A stretch of DNA of 64,000 bases. It comes from Candidatus Nomurabacteria bacterium. GTDB lineage: Bacteria; Patescibacteriota; Minisyncoccia; Phycocordibacterales; UBA9973. The notes under the pieces are model-generated. The model worked only from the letters and a program-made list of their open reading frames with translations, was not told the DNA's origin and did not search any database. The first letter of the stretch is position 1. Each line of letters begins with the position of its first letter. The stretch lies in contig CP060230.1 of the NCBI GenBank assembly GCA_023898605.1, forward strand, positions 530,444 through 594,443, in the 5' to 3' direction. Shown here one piece after another: positions 8,423 to 17,296 of the stretch. The position numbers were made by a program, and so were the translations under genes.

Positions 8423-8493
8423 TGCGGCTAAGGAGAATCGAACTCCTGTCTCATCCTTGGCAAGGATGCATTCTACCACTAAACCATAGCCGC
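8423..8493 (-). tRNA. tRNA-Gly (anticodon GCC)
   Basis: The reverse complement GCGGCTA..TTGCCAA..GGTTCGATTCTCC..TAGCCGCA folds as a cloverleaf. Its anticodon loop TTGCCAA gives GCC. Length 71 nt, with no encoded CCA. Confidence 0.8.
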
Positions 8494-8616
8494 GGTTTAT
8501 AATATTTTTTCGAAAGTTATTTCGATAAGTTGGATTATAGTATTTATGTATTATATTTGCAATCGGTGTATATTTATTTTGAAATTTGTGTCATAATCTA
8601 GTCCAGCCATATATAG

Positions 8617-8688
8617 GCTCCTGTGGTGAAATGGATATCACGACGGTCTTCGGAACCGTTATTGGGGGTTCGAGTCCCTCCGGGAGCG
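8617..8688 (+). tRNA. tRNA-Arg (anticodon TCG)
   Basis: Acceptor GCTCCTG/CGGGAGC, anticodon stem ACGGT/ACCGT with loop CTTCGGA, and T-arm GGGGG-TTCGAGT-CCCTC. Confidence 0.7.
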
Positions 8689-8879
8689 CAAAAAGACAAA
8701 GACTATATTTTGTCCTTTAGAATGTCCCTTAGAGTAAAAGACAAAATACACAATTTCTATATAAAATATGGGGATAATTGTGTTCATAATGTTGGTAAAG
8801 GACATTTTTTAACGGACATTTAAAAGACATTTCTAAAAAACCTTTATTTTATAATGTTTTTTAAAGGACACTATAATAT

Positions 8880-8932
8880 GTTTCACGTGAAACCTATTTT
8901 TATTGATAAAAATTGTTACACGTGTAACAATT
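8880..8932. promoter_or_regulatory. Two perfect palindromes with CACGTG cores upstream of yraN-like gene
   Basis: A 14-bp palindrome GTTTCACGTGAAAC at 8880-8893 and a 22-bp palindrome AATTGTTACACGTGTAACAATT at 8911-8932. They belong to the same ACACG/CGTGT half-site family as the palindromes at the PaaX-like gene. Confidence 0.45.
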
Positions 8933-8942
8933 TATATTAATA

Positions 8943-9353
8943 ATGCCAAAAGTATTCACTTCAAAATCTCAAGTTAAGGGTAAAATGGGAGAAAATATAG
9001 CCAAAAAGTACTTTATAAATAAGGGTTTTTCTGAAATAGAAGATAATTTTATGACAAAAAGGGGAGAAATAGATCTAATAATGAAAGAGAGTGTTTCTCA
9101 TGAAACAAGTAAAATTCATTTTATAGAAGTAAAATCCTCATTTTGTGATCTTTCTATGGGTTTCACGGGAAACAATTTTAGACCAGAGGAGAATATGACA
9201 CCTAAAAAGGTTGGTAGTCTAAAGGTAACAATAGAGGAGTATATTGTTAGAAATAATATAGAAGGGGAGTGGGTTTTTGACTTGGCTTTAGTTTATATAG
9301 ACAAAGATAATAAGCTGGCGAAAGTTGATGTTTTGGAAAATATAATATTGTAG
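8943..9353 (+). CDS. YraN/UPF0102-family PD-(D/E)xK endonuclease-like protein
   Basis: The pattern GENIAKKYFINKGF..GEIDLI....IHFIEVKSS and the C-terminal region follow YraN. The true start may be the internal Met (MGENIAKKY). Confidence 0.55.
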   Translation: MPKVFTSKSQVKGKMGENIAKKYFINKGFSEIEDNFMTKRGEIDLIMKESVSHETSKIHFIEVKSSFCDLSMGFTGNNFRPEENMTPKKVGSLKVTIEEYIVRNNIEGEWVFDLALVYIDKDNKLAKVDVLENIIL

Positions 9354-9367
9354 TATTATTTATTTCA

Positions 9368-9973
9368 ATGGAAAAATTATTTAATGAAAACAAAATGAGA
9401 GAAATTAAATACTCTTCAATAGAAAAAGAACCAAAGTGGTTTGTACAGGGTTCTTATGTTTTAGATAAAATTTTTAACAAAAATACAGCTAGTGATATTG
9501 ATATTTTTATAAAAAAAGGAGATAAAGAGCCCGTATTAGATGCAGGTCTTAAAAAACATATTGTAGAAATGCCTGAAGATGCTTATTTCCCACCAGTATT
9601 TGGATCCTATAATACAGATAAATATATTATGACTGAAAATGGGATATTTTTCCCAGATGGTTTTCCTCAAAAACCAGAAGAATTAATCTTTTTGTTAGAC
9701 GAGAGAGTTTTAGATATTGTTGATGTTTTAAGAGGTTTTAAGATACGAGATAAATATGATATTAGGATCAGTGAAAACCTTGACAATACTTGGACAAAAA
9801 CACTTGTAAGAGATCTTGATAGTTCAAAAATAGATAAAGGTCTTTTTGACGGCCTTGAAGATTTTATAGAATATGTTGAGTTTGTAATTGATGAAAATAT
9901 TTCTAAAGAAAATATAATTTTTGTGAAAAATGAAATAGAAAAAAGAGTCGGAAAAGATTTTTTTAAGAAATAA
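9368..9973 (+). CDS. Hypothetical protein with a minimal nucleotidyltransferase-like motif (GS-x16-DIDIF)
   Basis: QGSYVLDKIFNKNTASDIDIFI fits a Pol-beta-type NTase hG[GS]...DhD pattern only loosely. Confidence 0.35.
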   Translation: MEKLFNENKMREIKYSSIEKEPKWFVQGSYVLDKIFNKNTASDIDIFIKKGDKEPVLDAGLKKHIVEMPEDAYFPPVFGSYNTDKYIMTENGIFFPDGFPQKPEELIFLLDERVLDIVDVLRGFKIRDKYDIRISENLDNTWTKTLVRDLDSSKIDKGLFDGLEDFIEYVEFVIDENISKENIIFVKNEIEKRVGKDFFKK

Positions 9974-9991
9974 TTTTTAACTAACAAAAAG

Positions 9992-10166
9992 CTGTTTTAC
10001 TTGCCCAATATAGAAATTTCTTTGTCGGGGCACTGGGATTCCCCTTCGGGCCGGGGTTTTTCCATCGAATTTTCGATATGATAAAACCCTTCGAATCCCA
10101 GGCGTAAAACAAGCAGTTGTTTTACTTGCCCAATATAGAAATTTCTTTGTCGGGGCACTGGGATTC
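9992..10166. repeat. 49-bp direct repeat: tRNA-Pro 3' end plus downstream flank duplicated 125 bp away (att-like)
   Basis: TGTTTTACTTGCCCAATATAGAAATTTCTTTGTCGGGGCACTGGGATTC occurs at 9993-10041 and 10118-10166. The second copy continues into the tRNA-Pro T-arm and body; the first diverges. Confidence 0.6.
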
Positions 10167-10222
10167 GAACCCAGAGTCGCTCGCTCCCAAAGCGAGTATG
10201 TTAGCCGTTACACCATGCCCCG
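10150..10222 (-). tRNA. tRNA-Pro (anticodon TGG)
   Basis: The reverse complement CGGGGCA..CTCGC-TTTGGGA-GCGAG..GGGTTCGAATCCCAG-TGCCCCG-A is 73 nt. Confidence 0.8.
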
Positions 10223-10240
10223 ATATCTTTTGTAATTGTG

Positions 10241-10311
10241 TGCGGGTGAGGGGAATCGAACCCCTGTCTACTGCTTGGAAGGCAGTCATTCTACCACTAA
10301 ACTACACCCGC
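10241..10311 (-). tRNA. tRNA-Gly (anticodon TCC)
   Basis: The reverse complement GCGGGTG..ACTGC-CTTCCAA-GCAGT..GGGGTTCGATTCCCCT-CACCCGC-A is 71 nt. Confidence 0.8.
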
Positions 10312-10415
10312 ATGACTTTCGTGGAGTAGAACTATTCTATGATTTTATTGGCTTTTTTGCAAGTTTTTGTTTTACTGGTAAAATTAATATATTGTAATTA
10401 ATTTTTAATAAATAT

Positions 10416-10781
10416 ATGTTCAAAAGAATGTTTGAAGTATTTGGTGGAAACAAAGAAGAAGATAAAACAATACCTCATGATGTAAATCTAGAAACTGCGC
10501 ATGTTGGTCCAAATGAAACACAAGTAGTTTATAAGATTGGAGAAAATCAAAATGAAAATAGATTAATGGAAGAAAAATATGAAGACTTTGTAGAGGTTGA
10601 TCACGAGGCTGAAAATAAATCCATGAACCCCACCTTGGGTCATAGAAATTTTTTGGATGGTGTTTACAAGAATGAAAAAAGTGAAAAAAGCATGGATGCC
10701 AAAAACTCAAAAAAGAGAGGCGTTAGACAATCTGACTATAGAAAAGAGATGAATAAGATGAATCCAGAAGATATCCTTTAG
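10416..10781 (+). CDS. Hypothetical charged protein
   Basis: 121-aa ORF followed by the bidirectional terminator at 10803-10836. Confidence 0.4.
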   Translation: MFKRMFEVFGGNKEEDKTIPHDVNLETAHVGPNETQVVYKIGENQNENRLMEEKYEDFVEVDHEAENKSMNPTLGHRNFLDGVYKNEKSEKSMDAKNSKKRGVRQSDYRKEMNKMNPEDIL

Positions 10782-10802
10782 ACTTTATTTATATAAACAA
10801 AC

Positions 10803-10836
10803 AAAAAACCCGCTTTTGCGGGCTTTTGTTTTTGTA
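10803..10836. terminator. Bidirectional rho-independent terminator
   Basis: AAAAAACCCGCTTTTGCGGGCTTTTGTTTTT lies between convergent genes. Confidence 0.6.
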
Positions 10837-10846
10837 ATTGTGACGC

Positions 10847-11161
10847 TTAAGCGTCTTTTTTCTTGTCCAGAGACTCTATTTTGAGAGCTTTGAAACCCCA
10901 ATAAACAACAGCGGCTATTATGATGAAGTCTATAAGTGTTGAGACAAATGCTCCCCACATAATACTTGCATCTCCCACTACAATCATCTTATCAGCCAAA
11001 TTGACTCTACCCATAAGGAGGCCAATTAGGGGATTTATGATGTTTTCTACTAGAGCTGAAACGAGTTTTGAAACAGCACCACCGAGAATAAAACCGATAG
11101 CGAGCCCAACAACTCCCTGTTCTCTTATAAAATCCATGAAACCTTTTATTCCTTGGTTCAT
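10847..11161 (-). CDS. mscL: Large-conductance mechanosensitive channel MscL
   Basis: The N-terminal F.DFIREQGVVGLAIGFILGGA and the overall 104-aa two-TM layout match MscL. Confidence 0.8.
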   Translation of the reverse strand: MNQGIKGFMDFIREQGVVGLAIGFILGGAVSKLVSALVENIINPLIGLLMGRVNLADKMIVVGDASIMWGAFVSTLIDFIIIAAVVYWGFKALKIESLDKKKDA

Positions 11162-11180
11162 AAACTAGATTTTAGCATAT

Positions 11181-12185
11181 TTATGATTGATTTTCTTTAG
11201 CGTATTCGCGCAAATCAACAACTTCGTCAGTTTCGTCCACTATTTCTCCTACAAGTACCTCTAGAACGTCCTCTAGGGTCACTATGCCAGCTGTTCCACC
11301 AAATTCGTCTCTAACTACTGCCAGGTGTGTCCTATTCTTCTTGAAGATCGTCAGAAGCGCGTCTACTCTTGTTTTTTCACTAACAAAAAGAGGCTTGTCT
11401 GCTATGTCTACAGCACGTAGGTATTTGTTGTCTCGAGCAAGTTCTATAAGGGCTAGTTTTGTCTGTATAACACCTACGACGTTGTCTAGATCTTTGTCTA
11501 TAACAGGTAGCCTAGAATAAGCTTTTTCATAAAGGCTTTTGCTTAGATCTTCTAGCTTTGCGTCTTTTTCTACATAATCAACAACAGTTCTGGGTGTCAT
11601 GATGTCTCTAGCTGTTTTGTCGTTCATGGTAAAAACTCTACCGATCATCTCTCTCTCGTCTTTCTCGATAGAACCCTCAAGTTCACCGAGCTCCGAAAGA
11701 AGCCTCAACTCTTCTTCTGAAGTTATTTTTTTGTGGCGTATGAATTTTTTGGTGATTTTTTCTATAAGAAACGTTACTGGTCTAAACACACTTGTCAGAA
11801 ACAGAACAGGTCTAGATACAAATAGTGCTATTGGTTCTGCAAAGTTGTCTCCTAGGGTTTTTGGGATTATTTCTCCTAGTAAGATTATAAGTATTGTCAA
11901 AATGGCACTTATAATTCCCAAAAGTTCGTCTCCAAAAATTTTTGTTGCAACGTGACCTATAAAGATACTACCAACAATATTGTTTACATTGTTTAGTAGA
12001 ACAATTGTGGTGATGCTTCTAGAAGGGTGTTTTTTTATTTCGAGTAGGGCAGAGGAGCCGAACTTTCCTTGTTTTTTTAGTATATTTGCCTTAGAAAGAC
12101 TGACCCCAAACAAAGAAGTCTCAACCAAGGAGAATATAAATGACAAAAGAATAACCAGAAGTCCGAGAAATATTAAACTAGACAT
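11181..12185 (-). CDS. CNNM/CorC-HlyC family protein (DUF21 TM domain, CBS pair, CorC C-terminal domain)
   Basis: N-terminal multi-TM region, a CBS-like middle, and a conserved C-terminal transporter-associated region. Confidence 0.75.
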   Translation of the reverse strand: MSSLIFLGLLVILLSFIFSLVETSLFGVSLSKANILKKQGKFGSSALLEIKKHPSRSITTIVLLNNVNNIVGSIFIGHVATKIFGDELLGIISAILTILIILLGEIIPKTLGDNFAEPIALFVSRPVLFLTSVFRPVTFLIEKITKKFIRHKKITSEEELRLLSELGELEGSIEKDEREMIGRVFTMNDKTARDIMTPRTVVDYVEKDAKLEDLSKSLYEKAYSRLPVIDKDLDNVVGVIQTKLALIELARDNKYLRAVDIADKPLFVSEKTRVDALLTIFKKNRTHLAVVRDEFGGTAGIVTLEDVLEVLVGEIVDETDEVVDLREYAKENQS

Positions 12186-12258
12186 ATATGAGGACTATTA
12201 TAGCAGAAATTTGCAAAAATGCTTTTGGGGGTGTAAAAATAGAAAAAACCGCTTGAAA

Positions 12259-13173
12259 ATGAAAAAAATAAAAGATTTTTTAGGACTTGTTACAAGGATT
12301 GCAATTGTCCTACTCAGTACATTTTTTCTTTTTTGGACCATCTTTGCGATTGTTGGAATTTTTGAAAAAAATAAAAATCCAATACCGGAAGACAGCTTTA
12401 CAGTTATTCCACCAGTAATTCTGAATACCTATTACAGTAGCGGCGACATTGAGACAGATCATATTATTAATGTTTTTGCAGGATGTGAAGAACTTACTCG
12501 AGAGGAAAAGTTATCTATTTTCTTGGAGGACACCATTTTTGAATGTAAATCTGCACTAGAAAGAGCTGTTGTTTTTTCTTGGAAAAATGAAACAAAAAAT
12601 AGACTGGATCTTTTTTCAAAAATGTCATTGCCTGAGTTTGATAGATATCTTTATGAGCATAACATAAGCTTGGATAGATTTTCTGTTGTCGCATCGGATA
12701 GTGTCGATGCTGATCTCTGGAAAGAAATGGTTTGGGGGGTTTACAATAAGTCTCCTGGATCAAAGTTCTCTTTCAAGAAAAAAGGGGAAGGAAACATGAT
12801 GCTTCGTATTGGAGCAGACGCATTCTACAACCCTTTGTCTAAAAGGATATCCTTCAAAAAAATCTGCAAAAAAGGAGATGACGGAATATTCAGACCGGAT
12901 ATCGATATTTTCTTTGGTGAAATAGCACATTCATTACAGTTTTATTATCAGCCCTGCAGGTCAATTTCTCGAGCAACGGGCGGTATATTTAGATCATTTT
13001 TATTCTGGCCAGTAGATAATTCTATTGGAGCCAGGAGAAGTGTATCTGATCTGTATTGTTTGGAATACTCTAGAGAAAATTCCCTAGAGCATGAAGCACA
13101 CACATGCCTGAGAAAATGCTTTGATTCGTATCTAGAAGTTTTTTATTCCAGACCGGAGGATATAGTTTATTAG
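12259..13173 (+). CDS. Hypothetical membrane-anchored protein
   Basis: The ORF track start at 11980 overlaps the upstream gene. ATG 12259 (MKKIKDFLGLVTRIAIVLL, TM) is the plausible start. A terminator lies at 13172-13198. Confidence 0.5.
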   Translation: MKKIKDFLGLVTRIAIVLLSTFFLFWTIFAIVGIFEKNKNPIPEDSFTVIPPVILNTYYSSGDIETDHIINVFAGCEELTREEKLSIFLEDTIFECKSALERAVVFSWKNETKNRLDLFSKMSLPEFDRYLYEHNISLDRFSVVASDSVDADLWKEMVWGVYNKSPGSKFSFKKKGEGNMMLRIGADAFYNPLSKRISFKKICKKGDDGIFRPDIDIFFGEIAHSLQFYYQPCRSISRATGGIFRSFLFWPVDNSIGARRSVSDLYCLEYSRENSLEHEAHTCLRKCFDSYLEVFYSRPEDIVY

Positions 13174-13363
13174 GCCGAGCATTGCCCGGCCTTTTTTATT
13201 TTATATAAAACGAAAACACCTCGCTAAAAGCGAGGTGTTTTCGTAAATAGGAATACGGGGGACTATTTTTCCTTCGGCCATTACTTGTTGCAACAAGTAA
13301 GGCTCAGGATTTGTTAGTTGTTACTACTTAACTGCGTTCTACCTAAGGCAGACAGGCCTTAAT

Positions 13364-13636
13364 TTATTTGACCGCATCTTTTAGAGCTTTTGCTGCTCTA
13401 AACTTAGGAACACGTGTTGCAGGAACTTGAACCGCTTCTCCAGTTTTTGGATTTCTTGCAGTTCTAGCTGCTCTGTCTTTTACAGAGAAGATTCCTAGAC
13501 CAGCTATAGAAACTTCTTCGCCTCTTTTTAGAGTAGAAACGATAGAATCTATTATTCCGTCTACTACGCCCTCTGCAGCAACTTTTGTTGTACCCATTTT
13601 TTGGTGTACCATTTCAACAATTGCTTGTTTGTTCAT
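13364..13636 (-). CDS. hup: DNA-binding protein HU
   Basis: Canonical 90-aa HU sequence: MNKQAIVE....GFGTFSV..R.AR.GRNP.TGE.. Confidence 0.9.
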   Translation of the reverse strand: MNKQAIVEMVHQKMGTTKVAAEGVVDGIIDSIVSTLKRGEEVSIAGLGIFSVKDRAARTARNPKTGEAVQVPATRVPKFRAAKALKDAVK

Positions 13637-13835
13637 AGTTTTTATATAAGAAACAGGTTTTCTACTAGTCGAAAACGAGCTTCATTATTAGGCTGATAAT
13701 ACTAAGCTTAGCTTTCAAATATGCTTGATAGCTATAAACTATTATACAGCAAGGCTATTTTTTGGCAAAATATTGACAAAATTGTTACATGTTTTTTAAA
13801 CAAATAAAAAATCCGCCGTTTTGGCGGACTTTTGA

Positions 13836-14180
13836 TTATTCTAACCACTTTTTGTCTAAATAATACTCTACACTTTCTTTGTCCATATCTCCTTTTATGT
13901 ACTCAAGTGCAAGACTTTTGTCTTTTTCCCTAAGAGATTCTATTTCGCTAAAAATTTTTTCAAAATCCTCTCTACTTGTTTCATTTCCTTCTAGCCACCC
14001 TTTGTCTAGATAAGACTGTATATCTTCTTTTGACATCTCTTCTCTAGCATAGCTAAGCAATAAGTCTTGTGCTTTTTCGCTCATAGCACCTACTTTTTTG
14101 AGAATTTTTTCAAAATCCTCTCTACTAATTCTATCTTCTTTTGTTTCAGGTGTATTTGCACCAGGAAATCCTTCATTCAT
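13836..14180 (-). CDS. Hypothetical protein with internal tandem duplication (two REDFEKI...YLDK.WLE modules)
   Basis: Residues ~20-66 and ~68-114 are clear repeats. Confidence 0.5.
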   Translation of the reverse strand: MNEGFPGANTPETKEDRISREDFEKILKKVGAMSEKAQDLLLSYAREEMSKEDIQSYLDKGWLEGNETSREDFEKIFSEIESLREKDKSLALEYIKGDMDKESVEYYLDKKWLE

Positions 14181-14261
14181 AGTTTTTTACTTTAGTTAGA
14201 TTGTTAATGTTTTTATTTTATCACTGATTTTTATCTTGCAAACCCGGTAGTGAGCCTTTGT

Positions 14262-14528
14262 TTAAGACAAAATATTTTTAAAGTAATCTTTTAGTCTTCT
14301 TTTAAACATTCTCCTGCCCGTGCTAGTTTTTAGATATTTTTCTCTTCTTTTTGCGTCACTTTCAAGAATACAGGCCTCATAATATATGATTTTCCACGGC
14401 ATATATCTTTTGGTTGAAATATTTTGTCCAGCGTTATGTTCTGCAACTCTATCTTTTAAGTTTTTTGTATAACCAAAATACAACTCATTAGAATGTTTTT
14501 TGCTTTGCAAGCAATAAACATAGAACAT
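14262..14528 (-). CDS. GIY-YIG nuclease-domain protein (UPF0213-like)
   Basis: The MFYVYCLQS...LYFGYTKNL..R..EHN pattern matches GIY-YIG. Confidence 0.7.
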   Translation of the reverse strand: MFYVYCLQSKKHSNELYFGYTKNLKDRVAEHNAGQNISTKRYMPWKIIYYEACILESDAKRREKYLKTSTGRRMFKRRLKDYFKNILS

Positions 14529-14545
14529 AACAAAACAAAGATCTA

Positions 14546-16102
14546 CTACCGGGCAAACTCTATCACCCTAGTTTCTCTTATAACCATAACTTTGATTTCT
14601 CCAGGATATCGGAGTTCTTGCTCTATCTTGAGTGCAATATCTCTCGCCATTTCTTTGGCATCGAGATCAGTTACTTCTCCTGGTGTTACGAAAACTCGAA
14701 CCTCTCTACCAGCAGAAAGGGCATATGTTTTTTCTACTCCAGAGAAAGAGTTTGCGATATTTTCTATATCTTCTAGTCTCTTTAGATATTGTTCGACACT
14801 ATCTCTTCTTGCTCCTGGTCTTCCTCCAGATATAGCGTCGGCTGTCTGAACAATTCTAGCTTCTAGTGATTCATAAGGGTATTCATCGTGGTGGCTTCTC
14901 ATCGCAATAACTATTCTAGGATCAGCACCAAACTTTTCTAGTATTCTTATACCTATTTCTACGTGTGTACCTTGAACTTCATGATCCAGAGCTTTTCCTA
15001 TGTCGTGAACAAGAGCACCGGCCTTGGCAACATACGGATCTAGTCCCAACTCTTCGGCAATCATTCCAGCAATGTGTGACATTTCTACCGAGTGTTGCAA
15101 CACATTTTGACCATAACTAGTTCTGAAATATAGTCTTCCCAAAACCGCAACAAGTCTAGGATCAAAGTTTAGTATCCCACACTCATAAACTGCTTCTTCA
15201 CCTTTTTGCTTGATGATTTTGTTTATGTCATTCTTGGCTTTTTCGATTTCTTCTTCTATTTTTGCAGGTTGAATTCTTCCGTCTAGAATCAAGTTTTCTA
15301 GAGCGACTCTGGCGATTTGCCGTCTAACTGGGTCAAAAGAAGATATAACTATTGTTCCTGGTGTGTCGTCTACGATAAGTTCTACACCGGCTGCTTTTTC
15401 AAACGCTCTTATGTTTCTACCTTCTTTTCCTATAATTTTTCCTTTTATTTCGTCTGAAGGTATTGTTACAGAAGTCGTCATCATTTCAGAGTTTGTTGCA
15501 CTAGCTAATCTCTGAATTGTTGTAGTCAAAATCTCTCGAGCTTTTTTCTCAAGTTTTTCTTCACCGTCTCTTTCGAGTTTTTGAAGTTTGACTAGTATGT
15601 CTTCCTCGTTGTTTTTTCTTATCTCTTCGAGGATTTTATTTTCCGCGTCTTCTTTTGTTAAACCAGAAATTTTTTCTAGTTCAGTCTTCTTTTTGTTCTC
15701 GATTTCTTCTACTTCTTTCTTTTTGTTCTCGATTTCTTCCGATTTTTGTTTTATTTGTTCAGATTCTTCGTCCAAGTCTTTTTGTCTTTGGTCTAGGAAT
15801 TCTTCCTTTTTGATAAATCTCTCTTCGGTCTTTTTGAATTCCAATTCTTTTTCTTTTTCTAGACCTTTGAGTTCTTCTATCTTTTCTTCTTCTTTCTTTT
15901 TTGCGTCGTCGAGTATTTTTCGAGCCTCTTCTTTGGCTGAGATCATCATCTTTTTGATCTCGAGCTCCATGGAACCTTTCTTTCCCAAAGAAACTATAAG
16001 TCTCAAGTAGTACCCGAGCGCGAGCCCGACAAGCATTCCCAATGCTCCGAGCGCAATTGCAAATGTGCTCATACTTTTTCTGTAAGAGCAAAATCTGCCC
16101 AA
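14546..16102 (-). CDS. rny: Ribonuclease Y (N-terminal TM, coiled coil, KH and HD domains)
   Basis: KH (GKIIGKEGRNIRAFE) and HD (HDIGKA..H) motifs. A repetitive EEIENKKK coiled-coil region causes tandem DNA repeats at ~15690-15760. The start may be an internal Met. Confidence 0.9.
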   Translation of the reverse strand: MGRFCSYRKSMSTFAIALGALGMLVGLALGYYLRLIVSLGKKGSMELEIKKMMISAKEEARKILDDAKKKEEEKIEELKGLEKEKELEFKKTEERFIKKEEFLDQRQKDLDEESEQIKQKSEEIENKKKEVEEIENKKKTELEKISGLTKEDAENKILEEIRKNNEEDILVKLQKLERDGEEKLEKKAREILTTTIQRLASATNSEMMTTSVTIPSDEIKGKIIGKEGRNIRAFEKAAGVELIVDDTPGTIVISSFDPVRRQIARVALENLILDGRIQPAKIEEEIEKAKNDINKIIKQKGEEAVYECGILNFDPRLVAVLGRLYFRTSYGQNVLQHSVEMSHIAGMIAEELGLDPYVAKAGALVHDIGKALDHEVQGTHVEIGIRILEKFGADPRIVIAMRSHHDEYPYESLEARIVQTADAISGGRPGARRDSVEQYLKRLEDIENIANSFSGVEKTYALSAGREVRVFVTPGEVTDLDAKEMARDIALKIEQELRYPGEIKVMVIRETRVIEFAR

Positions 16103-16319
16103 GATATATTTATTTTTTCGTTAGTTTTTCAGAGGATTCAATGTTTTTTAGGTTTGAATTTGTTTGATTTTCAGAGTTTCGGCGGTTTTGACAGAATTTG
16201 CCCTTCTTTTGGTTACTTATTAATCTACAAAATACATACTAACATTTATTTTTGTATAGTGCCAGAATCTGGCTTGCCATAAGTTATTTTTGTGTTAGTT
16301 TAATAAAAAACCCGTACAT

Positions 16320-16679
16320 ATGCCCATAAAACTAAAAAAACTCTTTTCCAAAAAAAAGAAACTTCTCGGGGAAAATCATCGTGATTTTGGGAAAAATATT
16401 GTCTTGGATGAGAGTGGTTTTGTCAAAAGAGAAACCTTCTCCAGTCTGATATCAGAAGTTTCTTCCTTCTTGGAAAGAAGTTCGAAATATCTCAAGGAAG
16501 AAGAGATACTCGCCTTCAAAAAGTTTCTCGAGTTTTTGAAGAAAAACGAGAAAAAAGCTCCAGGCAATAAAAAGGTAGAGGAAAAACGGAACAAAAATAA
16601 TCCGGCAGTGCAGAGGCACCATCGTGGATTTGATGACCGCGATTCAAATTTTCTCCAGAAAATTCCTGAATTTTTCTGA
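16320..16679 (+). CDS. Hypothetical Lys-rich protein
   Basis: The ORF is followed by the bidirectional terminator at 16683-16714. Confidence 0.35.
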   Translation: MPIKLKKLFSKKKKLLGENHRDFGKNIVLDESGFVKRETFSSLISEVSSFLERSSKYLKEEEILAFKKFLEFLKKNEKKAPGNKKVEEKRNKNNPAVQRHHRGFDDRDSNFLQKIPEFF

Positions 16680-16682
16680 CAA

Positions 16683-16714
16683 AAACCCGCACTCTTTGGT
16701 GCGGGCTTTTTCTA
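16683..16714. terminator. Bidirectional terminator (CCCGCAC-TCTTTG-GTGCGGG + T-run)
   Basis: A-run, hairpin, then T-run between convergent genes. Confidence 0.6.
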
Positions 16715-17296
16715 TGACTTTGCTTTTGTGATTATGTCGTCGATGAGTCCGTATTTTTTTGCTTCGTCAGCCTCCATATAGTTGTCTCTATCGGTGTCTT
16801 TTTCTACTTTGTCTATTTTTTGGCCTGTGTTTTTAGAAATTATTTCGTTTAGAACTTTTTTCCATTTGAGTATCTCTCTTGCTTGGATTTCTACATCTGA
16901 AGCTTGTCCTTGTGTGCCACCAAGTGGTTGGTGGATCATGATTCTAGAGTTTGGAAGAGCAAATCTTTTGCCTTTTGCTCCGCCAGAAAGTAGAACTGCA
17001 CCCATAGAAGCCGCCATACCTACACATATAGTAGATACATCTGGTTTTATGTATTGCATTGTGTCGTATATGGCCATACCAGCTGTTACTGAACCTCCTG
17101 GTGAGTTGATATATAGCTGTATGTCTTTCTTTGGATCTTCGTGAGCTAGAAATATAAGTTGTGCGATTACAAGGTTAGAAGTGTAATCGTTTACTTCATC
17201 GTTTAGAAAAACGATTCTTTCCTTGAGTAGGCGAGAGTATATGTCGTAAGCTCTTTCTCCAAATTGTGATTTTTCTAGTACGGTAGGTATCAACAT
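16712..17296 (-). CDS. clpP: ATP-dependent Clp protease proteolytic subunit
   Basis: Catalytic-triad context ([12 protein letters not shown]) in a 194-aa ORF. Confidence 0.9.
   Translation of the reverse strand: MLIPTVLEKSQFGERAYDIYSRLLKERIVFLNDEVNDYTSNLVIAQLIFLAHEDPKKDIQLYINSPGGSVTAGMAIYDTMQYIKPDVSTICVGMAASMGAVLLSGGAKGKRFALPNSRIMIHQPLGGTQGQASDVEIQAREILKWKKVLNEIISKNTGQKIDKVEKDTDRDNYMEADEAKKYGLIDDIITKAKS

Noticed and set aside
9992-10166. Simple tandem duplication as explanation of the tRNA-Pro repeat
   Set aside because: Only 49 bp are shared and the copies continue into different sequence (one into the tRNA body, the other into a hairpin-containing segment). That fits an att-type junction better than a tandem duplication.
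10117-10329. 70-aa ORF on the plus strand
   Set aside because: It lies entirely over the minus-strand tRNA-Pro and tRNA-Gly genes; spurious.
10841-10861. Second hairpin GACGCTTAAGCGTC + T-run as a separate terminator
   Set aside because: It overlaps the mscL stop codon and last codons on the minus strand. The adjacent 10803-10836 hairpin is the more likely bidirectional terminator.
13241-13360. SRP RNA in the GC-rich stretch downstream of hup
   Set aside because: Shares only short fragments (CCGAAGGAA, AAGGCAGA) with 4.5S RNA and lacks AGCAGCC. Insufficient.
15690-15760. Tandem ~20-bp DNA repeats (TTCTTTTTGTTCTCGATTTCTTC x2)
   Set aside because: Inside the rny coding region. They encode the repeated EEIENKKK coiled-coil heptads of RNase Y, not an independent repeat element.
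15588-16091. ORFs of 110-140 aa overlapping rny on both strands
   Set aside because: Low-complexity translations (Ser/Phe or Arg/Lys runs) produced by the repetitive coiled-coil-coding DNA; not genes.
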